A program made the position numbers and the translations under genes. Source: Acidimicrobiia bacterium (GTDB taxonomy: Bacteria > Actinomycetota > Acidimicrobiia > Spongiisociales > UBA11373). From it: DNA of 64,000 nt. Below, one piece after another: positions 18,193 through 28,367 of the stretch. Every line of letters starts with the position of its first letter. The stretch's first letter is position 1. The notes under the pieces are model-generated. The model was not told where the DNA came from and ran no database searches. It saw only the letters and a program-made list of their open reading frames with translations. The DNA is taken from positions 1,789,469 to 1,853,468 of the forward strand of contig CP129495.1 of the NCBI GenBank assembly GCA_030584185.1, given 5' to 3'.

Positions 18193-21105
18193 ATGATCTC
18201 TCGCGACCCCTCACCCGTCCCGTTCCGTCGTCGCTCTGTCTCGCGCGGGAGGCGGATGCTCATCGTGATCGGTGTGCTCGCCCTGATCCTGCTTCTCTCC
18301 CTGCGCGGGCTGGCCACCTTCTGGACCGACTACCTCTGGTTCGACTCGGTGGGACTGGGTTCGGTGTGGACAACGCTGATCTTGAGCCGGGTGATGCTGG
18401 TCCTGGTGGGCACCGCCGCTGCCTTCGGGCTCATGTTCCTCAACCTGGTGCTCGCCGACCGGCTGGCGCCGCGCACCCCTCTGCTGGCCGGCAGCCCCGA
18501 CGAGGAGCTGGTCGAGCGGTACCAGGAGTGGGTCACCCCGAGGGTTCTCAAGTTCCGGCTGGCCGTGTCGGGCGTCTTTGGACTCCTCATCGGACTCGGC
18601 GCCGGGGGCTGGTGGGAGAACTGGCTGCTCTACTCGAACCGGCAGGCGTTCGGCATCACCGATCCGGTTTTCGGCAACGACGTCGGCTTCTACGTCTTCC
18701 AGGTGCCGCTGTATCGAGACGTATTCGGGTGGGCGTTCCAGTTCTTCCTGATCGCCACGATCGTCGTCGCCGCCCTCCACTACCTGAACGGCGGGATCCA
18801 GTTCACGCCGAGGCGGCCGCTGGTGGCTGCCGGGGTAAAGGTCCACCTCTCGGTGCTGCTGGCGATCATGGCGATCCTCAAGGCCGGTGGCTACTGGCTG
18901 GACCGCTTCGACCTGCTCCACAGCTCGCGTGGCGCCGCCTACGGGGCCACCTACACCGACGTCAACGCCCAGCTTCCGGCGCTCAACCTGCTGATCGGGA
19001 TCTCCCTGGTGGCGGCGGTCCTGTTGCTGGTCAACATCCGGTTCCGGGGCTGGACCCTGCCCGCCGTCGCCTTCGGGCTGTGGTTGGTGACCTCGGTCGC
19101 CCTGGGCGGGATCTGGCCGGCGATGGTGCAGCGCTTCTCGGTCCAGCCCGACGAGATCAACAAGGAGCTGCCGTTCGTGGAGCGCAACATCGCCTTCACC
19201 CGCGAGGCCTACGGGCTGGACGCAGTGGAGGTGCGCGACTTCGCCGCCGACGCTTCCCTGGGCGGTGAGGACCTGGCCGCCAACGGTGACACCATCGACA
19301 ACATCCGGCTGTGGGATCCGACCGTTCTGCTCACCACCTATCGCCAGCTCCAGGAGCTGCGGCCCTTCTATCAGATCAAGGACATCGACGTCGACCGCTA
19401 CGACATCGACGGACTGTTGACCCAGGTGATGCTGGCTTCGCGTGAGCTCGACGACTCCGGGCTCCCCGACAGCGGGTGGGTCAACAAGCACCTGGTGTTC
19501 ACCCACGGATACGGGGCGGTGGTCAGCCCGGCCAACACCGTCACTTCGGAGGGCCAGCCCGCCTTCCTGGTCAAGGACATCGGCGTCGGCAGCTCGGCGT
19601 CGGCTTCGCTCGCCATCGACCAGCCGCGCATCTACTTCGGGGAAGGCGTCGAGCCGGGCTCCTATGTGATCGTGGGCACCAAGGAGCAGGAAGTGGACTT
19701 CCCGCTCGAGTCGGGCGAGGACACGGTCGCCTTCAACTCATACGACGGCGCCGGGGGGATCGAGGTGGGCTCGATATTCCGTCGCGCCGCCTTCGCCCTC
19801 CGCTTCGCCGACGTCAACACGCTGATCTCGGGTCAGATCACCTCGGACAGCCGCGTCCTCATGGTGCGCAACATCCGGGAGATCGTGACCAAGGCGGCGC
19901 CGTTCCTCTACCCGGATTCCGATCCCTACCTGGTGGTGGCCGACGAGCGCCTGGTCTGGATCCAGGACCTGTACACGGTCACCGACCGCTACCCGTACTC
20001 GACTCCGGCGGGCGACGACACATCCACCGCCCAGGAGCGCCCCGCCACCGGCCGACTGAGCGCAGCCAACGCCGCTCTCCCATCCGACTTCAACTACATC
20101 CGCAACTCGGTGAAGGCGACCATCGACGCCTTCGACGGGACCCTGCGGTTCTACGTCGTTGACGAGACCGACCCGATGGTTCGCACCTACCGGTCGATCT
20201 TCCCCGACCTGTTCTCTGCGTTCGCCGAGATGCCGGCCAGCCTGCAGGAGCACCTGCGCTACCCGGAGGACCTGTTCCGCGTGCAGAGCGACGTCTACAC
20301 CCGGTATCACGTCACCGACTCCCGGGTGTTCTTCAACAACAGCGATCCGTGGCAGATCGCACGCGATCCGTCCACGACGCCCCGTGAGGACCTGCGCGTC
20401 GCCTTCACCGCCGACAACAGGCCGATGGTCCCCTACTACCTCCTGATGCGGCTCCCCGGCGAGGAGGACCAGTCCTACCTGGCCCTGCAGGCGTTCACCG
20501 CCGCCACCAGGCCGAACATGGTCTCCTTCCTCGTGGCCAAGTCGGACGTGGCCGAGTACGGCGATCTCATCGACTTCGAGCTGCCCCGCGACTCGTTCGT
20601 GGATGGGCCCGGCCAGATCGGTGCCCGCATCAACCAGGACCCGGACATCTCGCGCGAGTTCACCCTGCTCGGGCAGGAGGGCTCGGAGGTGATCCAGGGC
20701 AACATGCTGGTGGTGCCCATCGAGCAGTCGATCCTCTATGTGCAGCCGATCTACCTGAGTGCCCGAACCAACGGCGGTTCCGAGCTCGTCGCCCTTCCCG
20801 AGTTCAAGCGGGCCATCGTCGTGTTCGGCGACAGCATCGAGATGCGCGACACCCTCGCCGAGGCACTGGCCGCGGTGTTCGGGGACACCCCGGGGGTCGA
20901 ACCCGATCCCGACGATCCCAGCCTTCCCGACGAGGTGACCGAGGCGGTCGCCGAGCTCCTCGCCCGGGCCGACGAGGCTTTCGCCCGGGCCGACGTGGCT
21001 CTGCGCGGCGCTGATCTGGCCACATTCCAGTCGGAGGTGGCCGAGGCGCAGCGGCTGATCGCCCAGGCTCAGGTGCTCCTCGAAGAGGCCCTGGCCGAGG
21101 GCTGA
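18193..21105 (+). CDS. UPF0182 family membrane protein
   Basis: ATG 'MISRDPSP' at 18193; multi-TM N-terminus plus large extracytoplasmic domain; conserved neighbour of the PDZ-Lon gene in actinobacteria. Confidence 0.75.
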   Translation: MISRDPSPVPFRRRSVSRGRRMLIVIGVLALILLLSLRGLATFWTDYLWFDSVGLGSVWTTLILSRVMLVLVGTAAAFGLMFLNLVLADRLAPRTPLLAGSPDEELVERYQEWVTPRVLKFRLAVSGVFGLLIGLGAGGWWENWLLYSNRQAFGITDPVFGNDVGFYVFQVPLYRDVFGWAFQFFLIATIVVAALHYLNGGIQFTPRRPLVAAGVKVHLSVLLAIMAILKAGGYWLDRFDLLHSSRGAAYGATYTDVNAQLPALNLLIGISLVAAVLLLVNIRFRGWTLPAVAFGLWLVTSVALGGIWPAMVQRFSVQPDEINKELPFVERNIAFTREAYGLDAVEVRDFAADASLGGEDLAANGDTIDNIRLWDPTVLLTTYRQLQELRPFYQIKDIDVDRYDIDGLLTQVMLASRELDDSGLPDSGWVNKHLVFTHGYGAVVSPANTVTSEGQPAFLVKDIGVGSSASASLAIDQPRIYFGEGVEPGSYVIVGTKEQEVDFPLESGEDTVAFNSYDGAGGIEVGSIFRRAAFALRFADVNTLISGQITSDSRVLMVRNIREIVTKAAPFLYPDSDPYLVVADERLVWIQDLYTVTDRYPYSTPAGDDTSTAQERPATGRLSAANAALPSDFNYIRNSVKATIDAFDGTLRFYVVDETDPMVRTYRSIFPDLFSAFAEMPASLQEHLRYPEDLFRVQSDVYTRYHVTDSRVFFNNSDPWQIARDPSTTPREDLRVAFTADNRPMVPYYLLMRLPGEEDQSYLALQAFTAATRPNMVSFLVAKSDVAEYGDLIDFELPRDSFVDGPGQIGARINQDPDISREFTLLGQEGSEVIQGNMLVVPIEQSILYVQPIYLSARTNGGSELVALPEFKRAIVVFGDSIEMRDTLAEALAAVFGDTPGVEPDPDDPSLPDEVTEAVAELLARADEAFARADVALRGADLATFQSEVAEAQRLIAQAQVLLEEALAEG

Positions 21106-21124
21106 GTCCCTCGATCCGCCTGTC

Positions 21125-21916
21125 CTAGGCCTGCCCTTCCGAGCCGCGGGTCAACCGTGTCGCCAGCACGATGGGGATGAAGGTGATCGCCACCACCGCC
21201 AGGGCCACCACGTTGGTGATCGGGCGCTGCCGCGGCCGCACCAGCGAGGAGAACATCCAGATCGGCAGGGTCTGCTGGTTCCCGGCGGTGAAGGTGGTGA
21301 CGATGATCTCGTCGAAGGAGAGGGCGAAGGCCAGCATCCCCCCGGCGATCAGGGCGGGGCGGATCTGGGGGAGCAGCACGTGGCGGAAGGTCTGCCAGCC
21401 GTTGGCCCCCAGGTCGGCCGATGCCTCCAGCAGCGAGGTGGAGGTGCGCCGCATCCGGGCCACCACGTTGTTGTAGGCGATGGCCACGGCGAAGGTGGCG
21501 TGCCCGATGACGATCGTCCAGAACGAGAAGGGGATCCCCCCGATGGAGATCGCCGAACGCAGGGCGATCCCGGTGACGATGCCGGGGAGGGCGATGGGGA
21601 GCACGATGAACAGCGAAACCGCCTCCCGGCCGAAGAACCTGCGTCGCCACACCGCCGCCGCCGCCATCGAGCCCATCACCAGGGCGATGGCGGTGGCGGT
21701 GGCCGCCACCCGCATCGACAGCCACATGGCGTCGCGGACGTCGCCGTTGTTCCATGCCACTCCGAACCAGTCCAGGGTGAATCCGGGGGGCGGGAAGGTG
21801 AACGCCGACGACTCGGTGGTGAAGGCGTAGAGGAAGACGATCAGGATCGGGATGTGCAGGAAACCGATCACCGCCCAGGTGGAGACCTGCAACCCGAGGT
21901 GGCGACGCTCCGACAT
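21125..21916 (-). CDS. ABC transporter permease (PotC-like)
   Basis: 'EASADLGA...[12 protein letters not shown]' EAA loop; ATGA coupling. Confidence 0.8.
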   Translation of the reverse strand: MSERRHLGLQVSTWAVIGFLHIPILIVFLYAFTTESSAFTFPPPGFTLDWFGVAWNNGDVRDAMWLSMRVAATATAIALVMGSMAAAAVWRRRFFGREAVSLFIVLPIALPGIVTGIALRSAISIGGIPFSFWTIVIGHATFAVAIAYNNVVARMRRTSTSLLEASADLGANGWQTFRHVLLPQIRPALIAGGMLAFALSFDEIIVTTFTAGNQQTLPIWMFSSLVRPRQRPITNVVALAVVAITFIPIVLATRLTRGSEGQA

Positions 21917-22848
21917 CACAGTGCCTCGAAGGCGCCGGCGCGCCTGGCGATGTAGAGGTAGATGCCCATGATCACGATCGGGAAGAAGGTGAACGCCGCC
22001 GCCAGCGGCAGGTTCCCGGCGACGCCCTGGTAGGAGTAGATGGCGAGCCCGACGAACGGCGACGAGTCGCCGATGATGGTCGGGATGATGTAGTCCCCCA
22101 GGGTGAGCGAGAAGGTGAAGATCGACCCGGCGGCGATCCCGGGGATCGCCAGCGGCCAGGTGACGGTGCGGAAGGTCTGGATGGGCCGGGCTCCGAGATC
22201 GGCAGAAGCCTCCAGGTAGGAGCGGGGCACGCGGTCCAGGGCGGCGTGGATCGGCAGGATCATGTAGGGCAGCCAGATGTAGACGAAGACGATGAACTGG
22301 CCGAGCGCCGATGCGGAGAGCGACGGGCCTCCGATGACCGGTGTCGCCAGGGCGGCGTCGAGCAGGACGTTGAGGTGCAGCTTGTCGATGAACCAGAAGA
22401 GGATCCCCTCCCGGGCCAGGATCAGCTTCCAGGAGTACACGCGCACCAGGTACGAAGACCACAGGGGGATGAGGATCAGCACGAAGAACAGCGCCCGCAG
22501 CCGCTTCCCGGCGTAGCGCACCGCGTAGTAGGCGATGGGGAAGGCGATGATCGCCGACCCGATGGTGACCGCCGTGGCCATCAGCGTGGTGCGGATGGCG
22601 ATGGAGATGTTGGAGTCGGTGAACAGGTCGCCCCAGGTGTCCAGGGTGAGGGTGTGGTCGACGGTCCCGGAGAAGTCGTCGAGGCTGAAGAACGACTGGG
22701 AGAGCAGGGCGATCAGCGACCCGCCGTACACGCCCACCACCCACAGCATCGGCAGGCCGAGCAGCAGGGCGAGCCGCAGCCGGGGCCGCCGGTGGAGGGC
22801 CACCGAGATGCGCGTGGTGAGTCGGGTGGCCCGGGCGTCGGTGGTCAT
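21916..22848 (-). CDS. ABC transporter permease (PotB-like)
   Basis: '[21 protein letters not shown]' EAA loop. Confidence 0.8.
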   Translation of the reverse strand: MTTDARATRLTTRISVALHRRPRLRLALLLGLPMLWVVGVYGGSLIALLSQSFFSLDDFSGTVDHTLTLDTWGDLFTDSNISIAIRTTLMATAVTIGSAIIAFPIAYYAVRYAGKRLRALFFVLILIPLWSSYLVRVYSWKLILAREGILFWFIDKLHLNVLLDAALATPVIGGPSLSASALGQFIVFVYIWLPYMILPIHAALDRVPRSYLEASADLGARPIQTFRTVTWPLAIPGIAAGSIFTFSLTLGDYIIPTIIGDSSPFVGLAIYSYQGVAGNLPLAAAFTFFPIVIMGIYLYIARRAGAFEAL

Positions 22849-22897
22849 GGGAGGAGGGTGCCGGGGGCCCGAAGGCCCCCGGCACGATCCGCATGCG

Positions 22898-24079
22898 TCA
22901 TCTGCCGCCGATCACGGCGACCGATGCGGTCACCCACTCGTGATAGGGGACGCACTCCCCTCCGAGGCCGAAGCAGTCCGCCTGAGGCGTCTTCCAGAAG
23001 TGGATCTGGTCGAAGTTCCCCAGGCCGTTGGTCTCGCAACCCCCTTCGCCGAGGAGCTCGTTGCCGGTGCATGCCTCGAGGTTCGAGGGCACCGAGCCGA
23101 ACCACGCCGCCAGGTCACCCTGGAGGTTCGGGTTCAGCGACCATTCCAGCCACATGTAGGCGCAGTTCGGGTGCTGGGCGTTGGCGTGCATCATCGTGGT
23201 GTCGGCCCAGCCGGTCGCCCCCTCCTCGGGGAGGACGCTGGCGACCGGGACCCCGGTGAACTGCCCGTAGTTGACCTGGAACGGCCACGAAGTGGCTGCG
23301 GCCACGCCCTCGTTGGCGAAGTCGTCCAGCTGCACGAATGCGTCGTGCCAGTACCGGAACACCAGCTCGCGTTGCTGGCGCATCAGATCGAGGGCGGCGT
23401 TGAACTGGTCACGGTTCAGGGCGTAGGGGTCGGTGATCCCCAGCTCCGGCTGGTGATGCATCAGGTAGAGGGCGGCGTCGGCGATGTAGATCGGGCCGTC
23501 ATAGGCCTCGATCCGGCCCTTGTTGCTCTCACCGTCGGGCAGCGTCTGCTCCTCCCAGACCACGTTCCACGAGGTCGGCGGGGTGTCGCCGAAGACGTCG
23601 GTGCGGTACATCAGCACGTTGGAGCCCCACTGGTAGGGGACGCCGTAGTGCTTGTCGTCGACGAAGTGCCACGGCGCCTCCTTGAGGCGGTCGTCCACCT
23701 TGCTCCACGACTCGATGAGGTCGGTGTTGATCTCCTGCACCGTGCCGCCGGCGATGAGCCGGAGGCTGGCGTCTCCCGAGGCGGTCACCAGGTCGTACTC
23801 GTTGGAGCCCTGCATCAGGGCCACCATCTCGTCCGAGGTGGCGGCCACCTTGACCTCGACGGCGCATCCGGTCTCCTCCTCGAATCCGGTCACCCAGTCG
23901 AATGCGGGGTCGGTCTCGCCCCGCTCGATGTAGCCGGCCCAGGCGACGATCACGACCTTGCCCTCGCCGTCGCCGATCTCGGTCATCGGGCCGCCAGGGT
24001 CACCGGCGTCGTCGTCCCCACACGCCGCTGCCACCAGGGCCAGCAGCGTCACGAGCGCCCACCATCGGCGCTTGGTCAT
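22898..24079 (-). CDS. ABC transporter substrate-binding lipoprotein (spermidine/putrescine PotD-like)
   Basis: ATG at 24079 with GGAGG; signal peptide plus lipobox 'LVAAACG'. Confidence 0.75.
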   Translation of the reverse strand: MTKRRWWALVTLLALVAAACGDDDAGDPGGPMTEIGDGEGKVVIVAWAGYIERGETDPAFDWVTGFEEETGCAVEVKVAATSDEMVALMQGSNEYDLVTASGDASLRLIAGGTVQEINTDLIESWSKVDDRLKEAPWHFVDDKHYGVPYQWGSNVLMYRTDVFGDTPPTSWNVVWEEQTLPDGESNKGRIEAYDGPIYIADAALYLMHHQPELGITDPYALNRDQFNAALDLMRQQRELVFRYWHDAFVQLDDFANEGVAAATSWPFQVNYGQFTGVPVASVLPEEGATGWADTTMMHANAQHPNCAYMWLEWSLNPNLQGDLAAWFGSVPSNLEACTGNELLGEGGCETNGLGNFDQIHFWKTPQADCFGLGGECVPYHEWVTASVAVIGGR

Positions 24080-25134
24080 GGCATACCTCCTTGTTGTCCC
24101 TCCGTGTCCGCACCGAGGCGCCGGCACGAGCTCGAAGCCCATTGCAGGTGGACCGGGGCTCCGAGGAGCCCCCGTTCCCTATGGGGGGCGTCGAGGTTCT
24201 GCCGCACCACCTCGAGCGTGGTGTCGTGTCCCACCTCGACGGCATATCTGGTGAACATGCCGAGGTAGACCACGTCGACCACCGTTCCGCCGACGTCACA
24301 GGTGGAAGCGTCCGCAGGCGGCGCCTCTCCGGTGTGCAGCGAGATCTTCTCCGGGCGAACCGTGAACGCCGCGGCGGTCCCGGTGAGCGCCTCGGCCAGG
24401 GGTGCCGGCACGATGTTGGAGATCCCGACGAACCCGGCGACGAACTCGCTTCGGGGCGCCTCGTACACCTCCTGGGGTGGTCCCACCTGCTCCACCCGGC
24501 CCTGGTTGAACACGGCGAGGCGGTCGCTCATGTTGAGCGCCTCCTCCTGGTCGTGGGTGACGTAGATGAATGTGATCCCCACGTCGCGCTGGATCGACTT
24601 CAGCTCCACCTGCATGGCGTGGCGCAGCTTGAGGTCGAGGGCGCCCAGGGGCTCGTCGAGGAGAACCACCCGGGGGCGGTTGATGAGTGCCCGGGCCAGG
24701 GCCACCCGCTGCCGCTGGCCGCCGGAGAGCTGACCCGGCTTGCGATCCCCGAACCCGGCGAGGTGGACCAGGTCCAGGGCCTCGTCGACCCGCCGTTCCA
24801 GTTCGGGTCGAGGGGTGCCCTTCACCATCAGCCCGTAGCCGACGTTGTGGCGCACCGTCAGGTGGGGGAAGAGGGCGTAGTCCTGGAACACGGTGTTGAC
24901 GTCGCGCTGGTAGGGGGCGAGGCCGGTGACGTCCTCGCCGTGGAGGAGCACTCGGCCTGCGGTCGGTGTCTCGAACCCGGCGATCATCCGCAGGCAGGTG
25001 GTCTTGCCCGAGCCGGAAGGGCCGAGGAGGGAGAAGAACTCGCCGTCGGCGATCTCCAGATCGATGTGGTCGACGGCGACCACCCGGTCGAAATGCTTGG
25101 AGATCCCGGAGAGGGTCACGGCGGCCGTGGTCAA
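24076..25134 (-). CDS. ABC transporter ATP-binding protein (PotA-like)
   Basis: Walker A 'GPSGSGKTT', signature 'LSGGQRQRVALARAL', Walker B 'LLLDEP'. Confidence 0.9.
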   Translation of the reverse strand: MTTAAVTLSGISKHFDRVVAVDHIDLEIADGEFFSLLGPSGSGKTTCLRMIAGFETPTAGRVLLHGEDVTGLAPYQRDVNTVFQDYALFPHLTVRHNVGYGLMVKGTPRPELERRVDEALDLVHLAGFGDRKPGQLSGGQRQRVALARALINRPRVVLLDEPLGALDLKLRHAMQVELKSIQRDVGITFIYVTHDQEEALNMSDRLAVFNQGRVEQVGPPQEVYEAPRSEFVAGFVGISNIVPAPLAEALTGTAAAFTVRPEKISLHTGEAPPADASTCDVGGTVVDVVYLGMFTRYAVEVGHDTTLEVVRQNLDAPHRERGLLGAPVHLQWASSSCRRLGADTEGQQGGMP

Positions 25135-25334
25135 GCCGGCCCTCCGAGGCGGACATCATCGAGGCGACCGGAGTCGCAAGTCTTCCTGTGGTGCCAGCCG
25201 AACACGGTCATGGCCAACCCTGCCAGAGAGCCCCCTCCCCGAGACCGGCAACGCTAGCGGGGCGCCCCCGGGCCGCGCCTTCCAAACCGAGCGGGGATTT
25301 CGCCGGGTTCCGGCATCCAGCCGCAGGTGGGAAG

Positions 25335-26450
25335 ATGGGTGTGACCGCGATACGGGAGGTCCCCTTGGACATCGTCGATCCGTCCGCCATCGACTCGCTG
25401 GTCACCGCCACCGAGTCGCCCGCCGTCTCCATATACATGCCCGCCCATCGTGCCGGGCCCGGGATCCAGCAGGATCCGATCCGCCTGAAGAATCTGACCG
25501 CCGAGGCCGAGGCGGCGCTGGTGGAGCGGGGGATGAGAGCGCCAGACGTCGCTGACCTCTTGGCACCGGTGAGGGAACTGGTGGACGACGCCGGGTTCTG
25601 GCAGCACCAGGAGGATGGGCTGGCCGTGTTCCGCTCCCCGGAGCGGTTCGCCCACTATCGGGTGCCGCTCTCGTTCCAGCCGCTGGCGGTGGTGGAGGAT
25701 GCGTTCTTCGTGTCGCCGCTGCTGCCGGTGATGAGCCGGGGGGAGCGCTTCCATGTGCTCGCCCTCAGCGAGAACCAGGTGCGGCTGCTGTGGGGGAGCA
25801 GGTTCCGGGTGGGGGAGGTGGATCTCGGCGACGACGTCCCGGCAAGCCTGGCCGAGGCGCTGTGGTTCGAGGACCCGGAGCGGCAGTTGCAGTTCTTCCA
25901 GGCGGGCCGGGTGGGGGCGGGACGGATGACCGCCACCTTCTTCGGTCACGGCGGGGGGAAGGAGGACACCCAGGACCGGCTGGAGAGGTTCTACCGGGCG
26001 GTGGACAAGGGACTGCAGAGCCTGATCCCCAACGGCTCGCCGGTGGTGCTCGCCGGGGTGGAGCGGATGATCGCCGGCTACCGGGCGATCACCCGGTTGG
26101 AGGGGGTGCTGCCGGTGGGGGTGGAGGGGAACCCGGAGCACGCCACCGCCGAGTGGCTGCACCAGCAGGCTTGGCCCCTGGTGGAGCCCGTGTTCGCCGC
26201 CGACAGGGGAGCAGCCGCCGAGGACTTCCTGGCGGCACGCCACCCGGTGACCGCCGACGTGGACGAGACGGTGCGGATGGCCGAGGAGGGTCGGGTGGCG
26301 GCGGCGTTCATCCCCAGGGGATTGCCCGCCGCCGATCACCGGCTGGACCGGGCGGCCGCCGCCATCTGGCGCACCAAGGGGGATGTCTGGATCGTGTCCC
26401 CCGAGGAGGTCCCGGGTGGCGGTCCGGTGGCGGCGGTGCTGCGCTACTGA
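25335..26450 (+). CDS. hypothetical protein, possibly eRF1-like (baeRF-type) fold
   Basis: ATG at 25335; no confident motif, the family guess rests on weak recall. Confidence 0.4.
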   Translation: MGVTAIREVPLDIVDPSAIDSLVTATESPAVSIYMPAHRAGPGIQQDPIRLKNLTAEAEAALVERGMRAPDVADLLAPVRELVDDAGFWQHQEDGLAVFRSPERFAHYRVPLSFQPLAVVEDAFFVSPLLPVMSRGERFHVLALSENQVRLLWGSRFRVGEVDLGDDVPASLAEALWFEDPERQLQFFQAGRVGAGRMTATFFGHGGGKEDTQDRLERFYRAVDKGLQSLIPNGSPVVLAGVERMIAGYRAITRLEGVLPVGVEGNPEHATAEWLHQQAWPLVEPVFAADRGAAAEDFLAARHPVTADVDETVRMAEEGRVAAAFIPRGLPAADHRLDRAAAAIWRTKGDVWIVSPEEVPGGGPVAAVLRY

Positions 26451-26484
26451 GGAACCGCAGGTTCGCCCAATCCGTCGAAGGGGT

Positions 26485-26910
26485 ATGAGGTCGCGTCTGC
26501 TCCCGGTGTTGCTGGTGGTCGCCGCCTGTGGCGGGACGGCCACGGCCACCACCACGGTGCCTGGCGGCCTCTCCGGTTCGATCCGGGTGAGCGGCGGGAT
26601 CGCCGGGATCGACGAGACCTGGGGTTTGGCATCCGACGGGATGGTGAACGGGCCGCTCGGGAGGTCGGGGAGCCTCACCCCCGACCAGGTCGAGGAGTTG
26701 GCCGATGCCGTGGTCGACGCCGGGTTCTTCGACCTCGATCCCGAGTACCTGCCCGAGGATCGGTGCTGTGACAGGTTCACCTACGAGTTGACCATCACCC
26801 AGGGCGGGCGCACCCACACCGTGACCACCATCGACGCCGCCGACGCCCCCGATGGGCTGTTCGCCCTGATCGGGTCATGGCTGGACGCAATGCGGGGGTC
26901 GGTGGGCTGA
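26485..26910 (+). CDS. lipoprotein, hypothetical
   Basis: signal peptide plus lipobox 'LLVVAACGG'. Confidence 0.6.
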   Translation: MRSRLLPVLLVVAACGGTATATTTVPGGLSGSIRVSGGIAGIDETWGLASDGMVNGPLGRSGSLTPDQVEELADAVVDAGFFDLDPEYLPEDRCCDRFTYELTITQGGRTHTVTTIDAADAPDGLFALIGSWLDAMRGSVG

Positions 26911-26960
26911 CCCCGGCATTGCGCAGCCGCCGGGCCTCCCGTACACTCGGGGTCCAACGA

Positions 26961-27037
<77 letters not shown>

Positions 27038-27040
27038 CCG

Positions 27041-27068
27041 AAAAACCCTTGCACCGCAAGGGTTTTTC
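27041..27068 (+). terminator. rho-independent terminator after the tRNA
   Basis: AAAAACCCTTGC-ACCG-CAAGGGTTTTT perfect hairpin. Confidence 0.75.
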
Positions 27069-27104
27069 GCTTGTCAGGCCCCTGTCTCAACCTGGCTCTT
27101 GAGG

Positions 27105-27130
27105 GCTCCATCGCACATCCATCGCACACG
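27105..27130. repeat. 'CCATCGCACATCCATCGCACA' motif, copy 1 (att-arm-like)
   Basis: same motif at 30787 and 59106. Confidence 0.6.
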
Positions 27131-27324
27131 CCGATCACAACGAGACGTGCCAAGGCGCAGCGGGTGGGCTCCTTAGAGAGGTCTGTAACTCGGAGGTTGT
27201 GAGGGCTCCCAAGGTCCTCAGTGGGGAGGGTGGCTACCCTTGGCACGTGACTGGATCACTTCTTCGGACTCTTGCCACGCAGCGTGAGCCGTCCGAACCG
27301 ATCAGCGTTCGGTACGACGAGGCG

Positions 27325-27441
27325 ATGAAGATCAGCCTCGTCTACGAGGACGACCGGTGGGTACCGAGCTGGGAGTCACGGAAGGTCCAGAACACCAAGA
27401 AGTGCGACCACGAGACGGGTGAGGACCAGAAGGGCGCTTGA
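27325..27441 (+). CDS. candidate graspetide precursor peptide (small ORF; alternative start at 27199)
   Basis: small ORF directly upstream of, and overlapping the start of, the ATP-grasp gene; C-terminus 'NTKKCDHETGEDQKGA' rich in T/K/D/E. Confidence 0.3.
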   Translation: MKISLVYEDDRWVPSWESRKVQNTKKCDHETGEDQKGA

Positions 27442-28367
27442 GGACATCCACGGCTGCCATCCTCACGAACGAACGGGACTTCGCTGCCGATGTCGTTGTC
27501 CATCGGCTCCACGAGCTCGGAGTTGAGGTTCACCGAATCAATTACGAGGCTGCACGCACAAGCGAAGTCCCACCCTGGAGCCCATCGACGTCGGATCGCG
27601 ACGGCGAGCCCATGCCGAGCGTCGTGTGGTGGCGGCAGTTCGAGACCGATGAGAGCCCAGAAACCTTGCAGGACGTGGACGATCTCTTGGTCGAGCGGAC
27701 TCAGTGGCGGGCATGGGTTGCCACGCTTGCATCACCGAACAGCACCTGGATGAACGACCTCTGGGCTGCCCGGCGTGCCGAGAACAAGGTCGAACAGCTC
27801 CGCGTGGCGAAGTCGGTGGGGTTCAATGTCCCGCCGACTCTCATCACGAACGATCGGTTCAGGGCGATTGAATTCGAACAAGCCGTCGGCCCAGCGGTGG
27901 TCAAGACACTCTCCGCCGCCTATTTCTCGTTCTCTGACAAGTCGTTCGTATTCACCGAGCGCCTCGATCAAGCCACCGCCCTGCCAGCCGAAGCCTGGCA
28001 TGCCGCGCCGGTCGTCATCCAACAGCTCATCGAAGGCGGACTCGACGCAAGGGTCGTGTCTCTCGCTGGCCGCTGCTTCGCAGGCCGGTGCCGGAGCCGC
28101 GGACTTGACTGGCGGAAGACACCCTTCGATCCGGAGCTCTGGGAGCCATGGAATGCGCCTGAGCAGATTGTGCATGCGTGCGAGTCCTATCGCGCAAGGC
28201 TTGGCCTGGAGTTCGCCGCCTTCGATTTCATGATCACCTCGGAGTCCATCTTCTTCTTGGAGGCCAATCAAGCTGGAGAGTGGCTGTTCCTCGACAGGGC
28301 ACTCGACCTCGGCGTCGGCCTCGCGATCGCAGACCGGCTCGTCTCGCTGGGCAGTACTCGTGACTGA
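27438..28367 (+). CDS. ATP-grasp enzyme, MdnC/MvdD-like (RiPP graspetide maturase-like)
   Basis: pre-ATP-grasp N-terminus 'AAILTNERDFAADVVVHRLHELGVEVHRIN', ATP-grasp core 'FLEANQAGEWLF'; lower GC than its surroundings. Confidence 0.6.
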   Translation: MRTSTAAILTNERDFAADVVVHRLHELGVEVHRINYEAARTSEVPPWSPSTSDRDGEPMPSVVWWRQFETDESPETLQDVDDLLVERTQWRAWVATLASPNSTWMNDLWAARRAENKVEQLRVAKSVGFNVPPTLITNDRFRAIEFEQAVGPAVVKTLSAAYFSFSDKSFVFTERLDQATALPAEAWHAAPVVIQQLIEGGLDARVVSLAGRCFAGRCRSRGLDWRKTPFDPELWEPWNAPEQIVHACESYRARLGLEFAAFDFMITSESIFFLEANQAGEWLFLDRALDLGVGLAIADRLVSLGSTRD

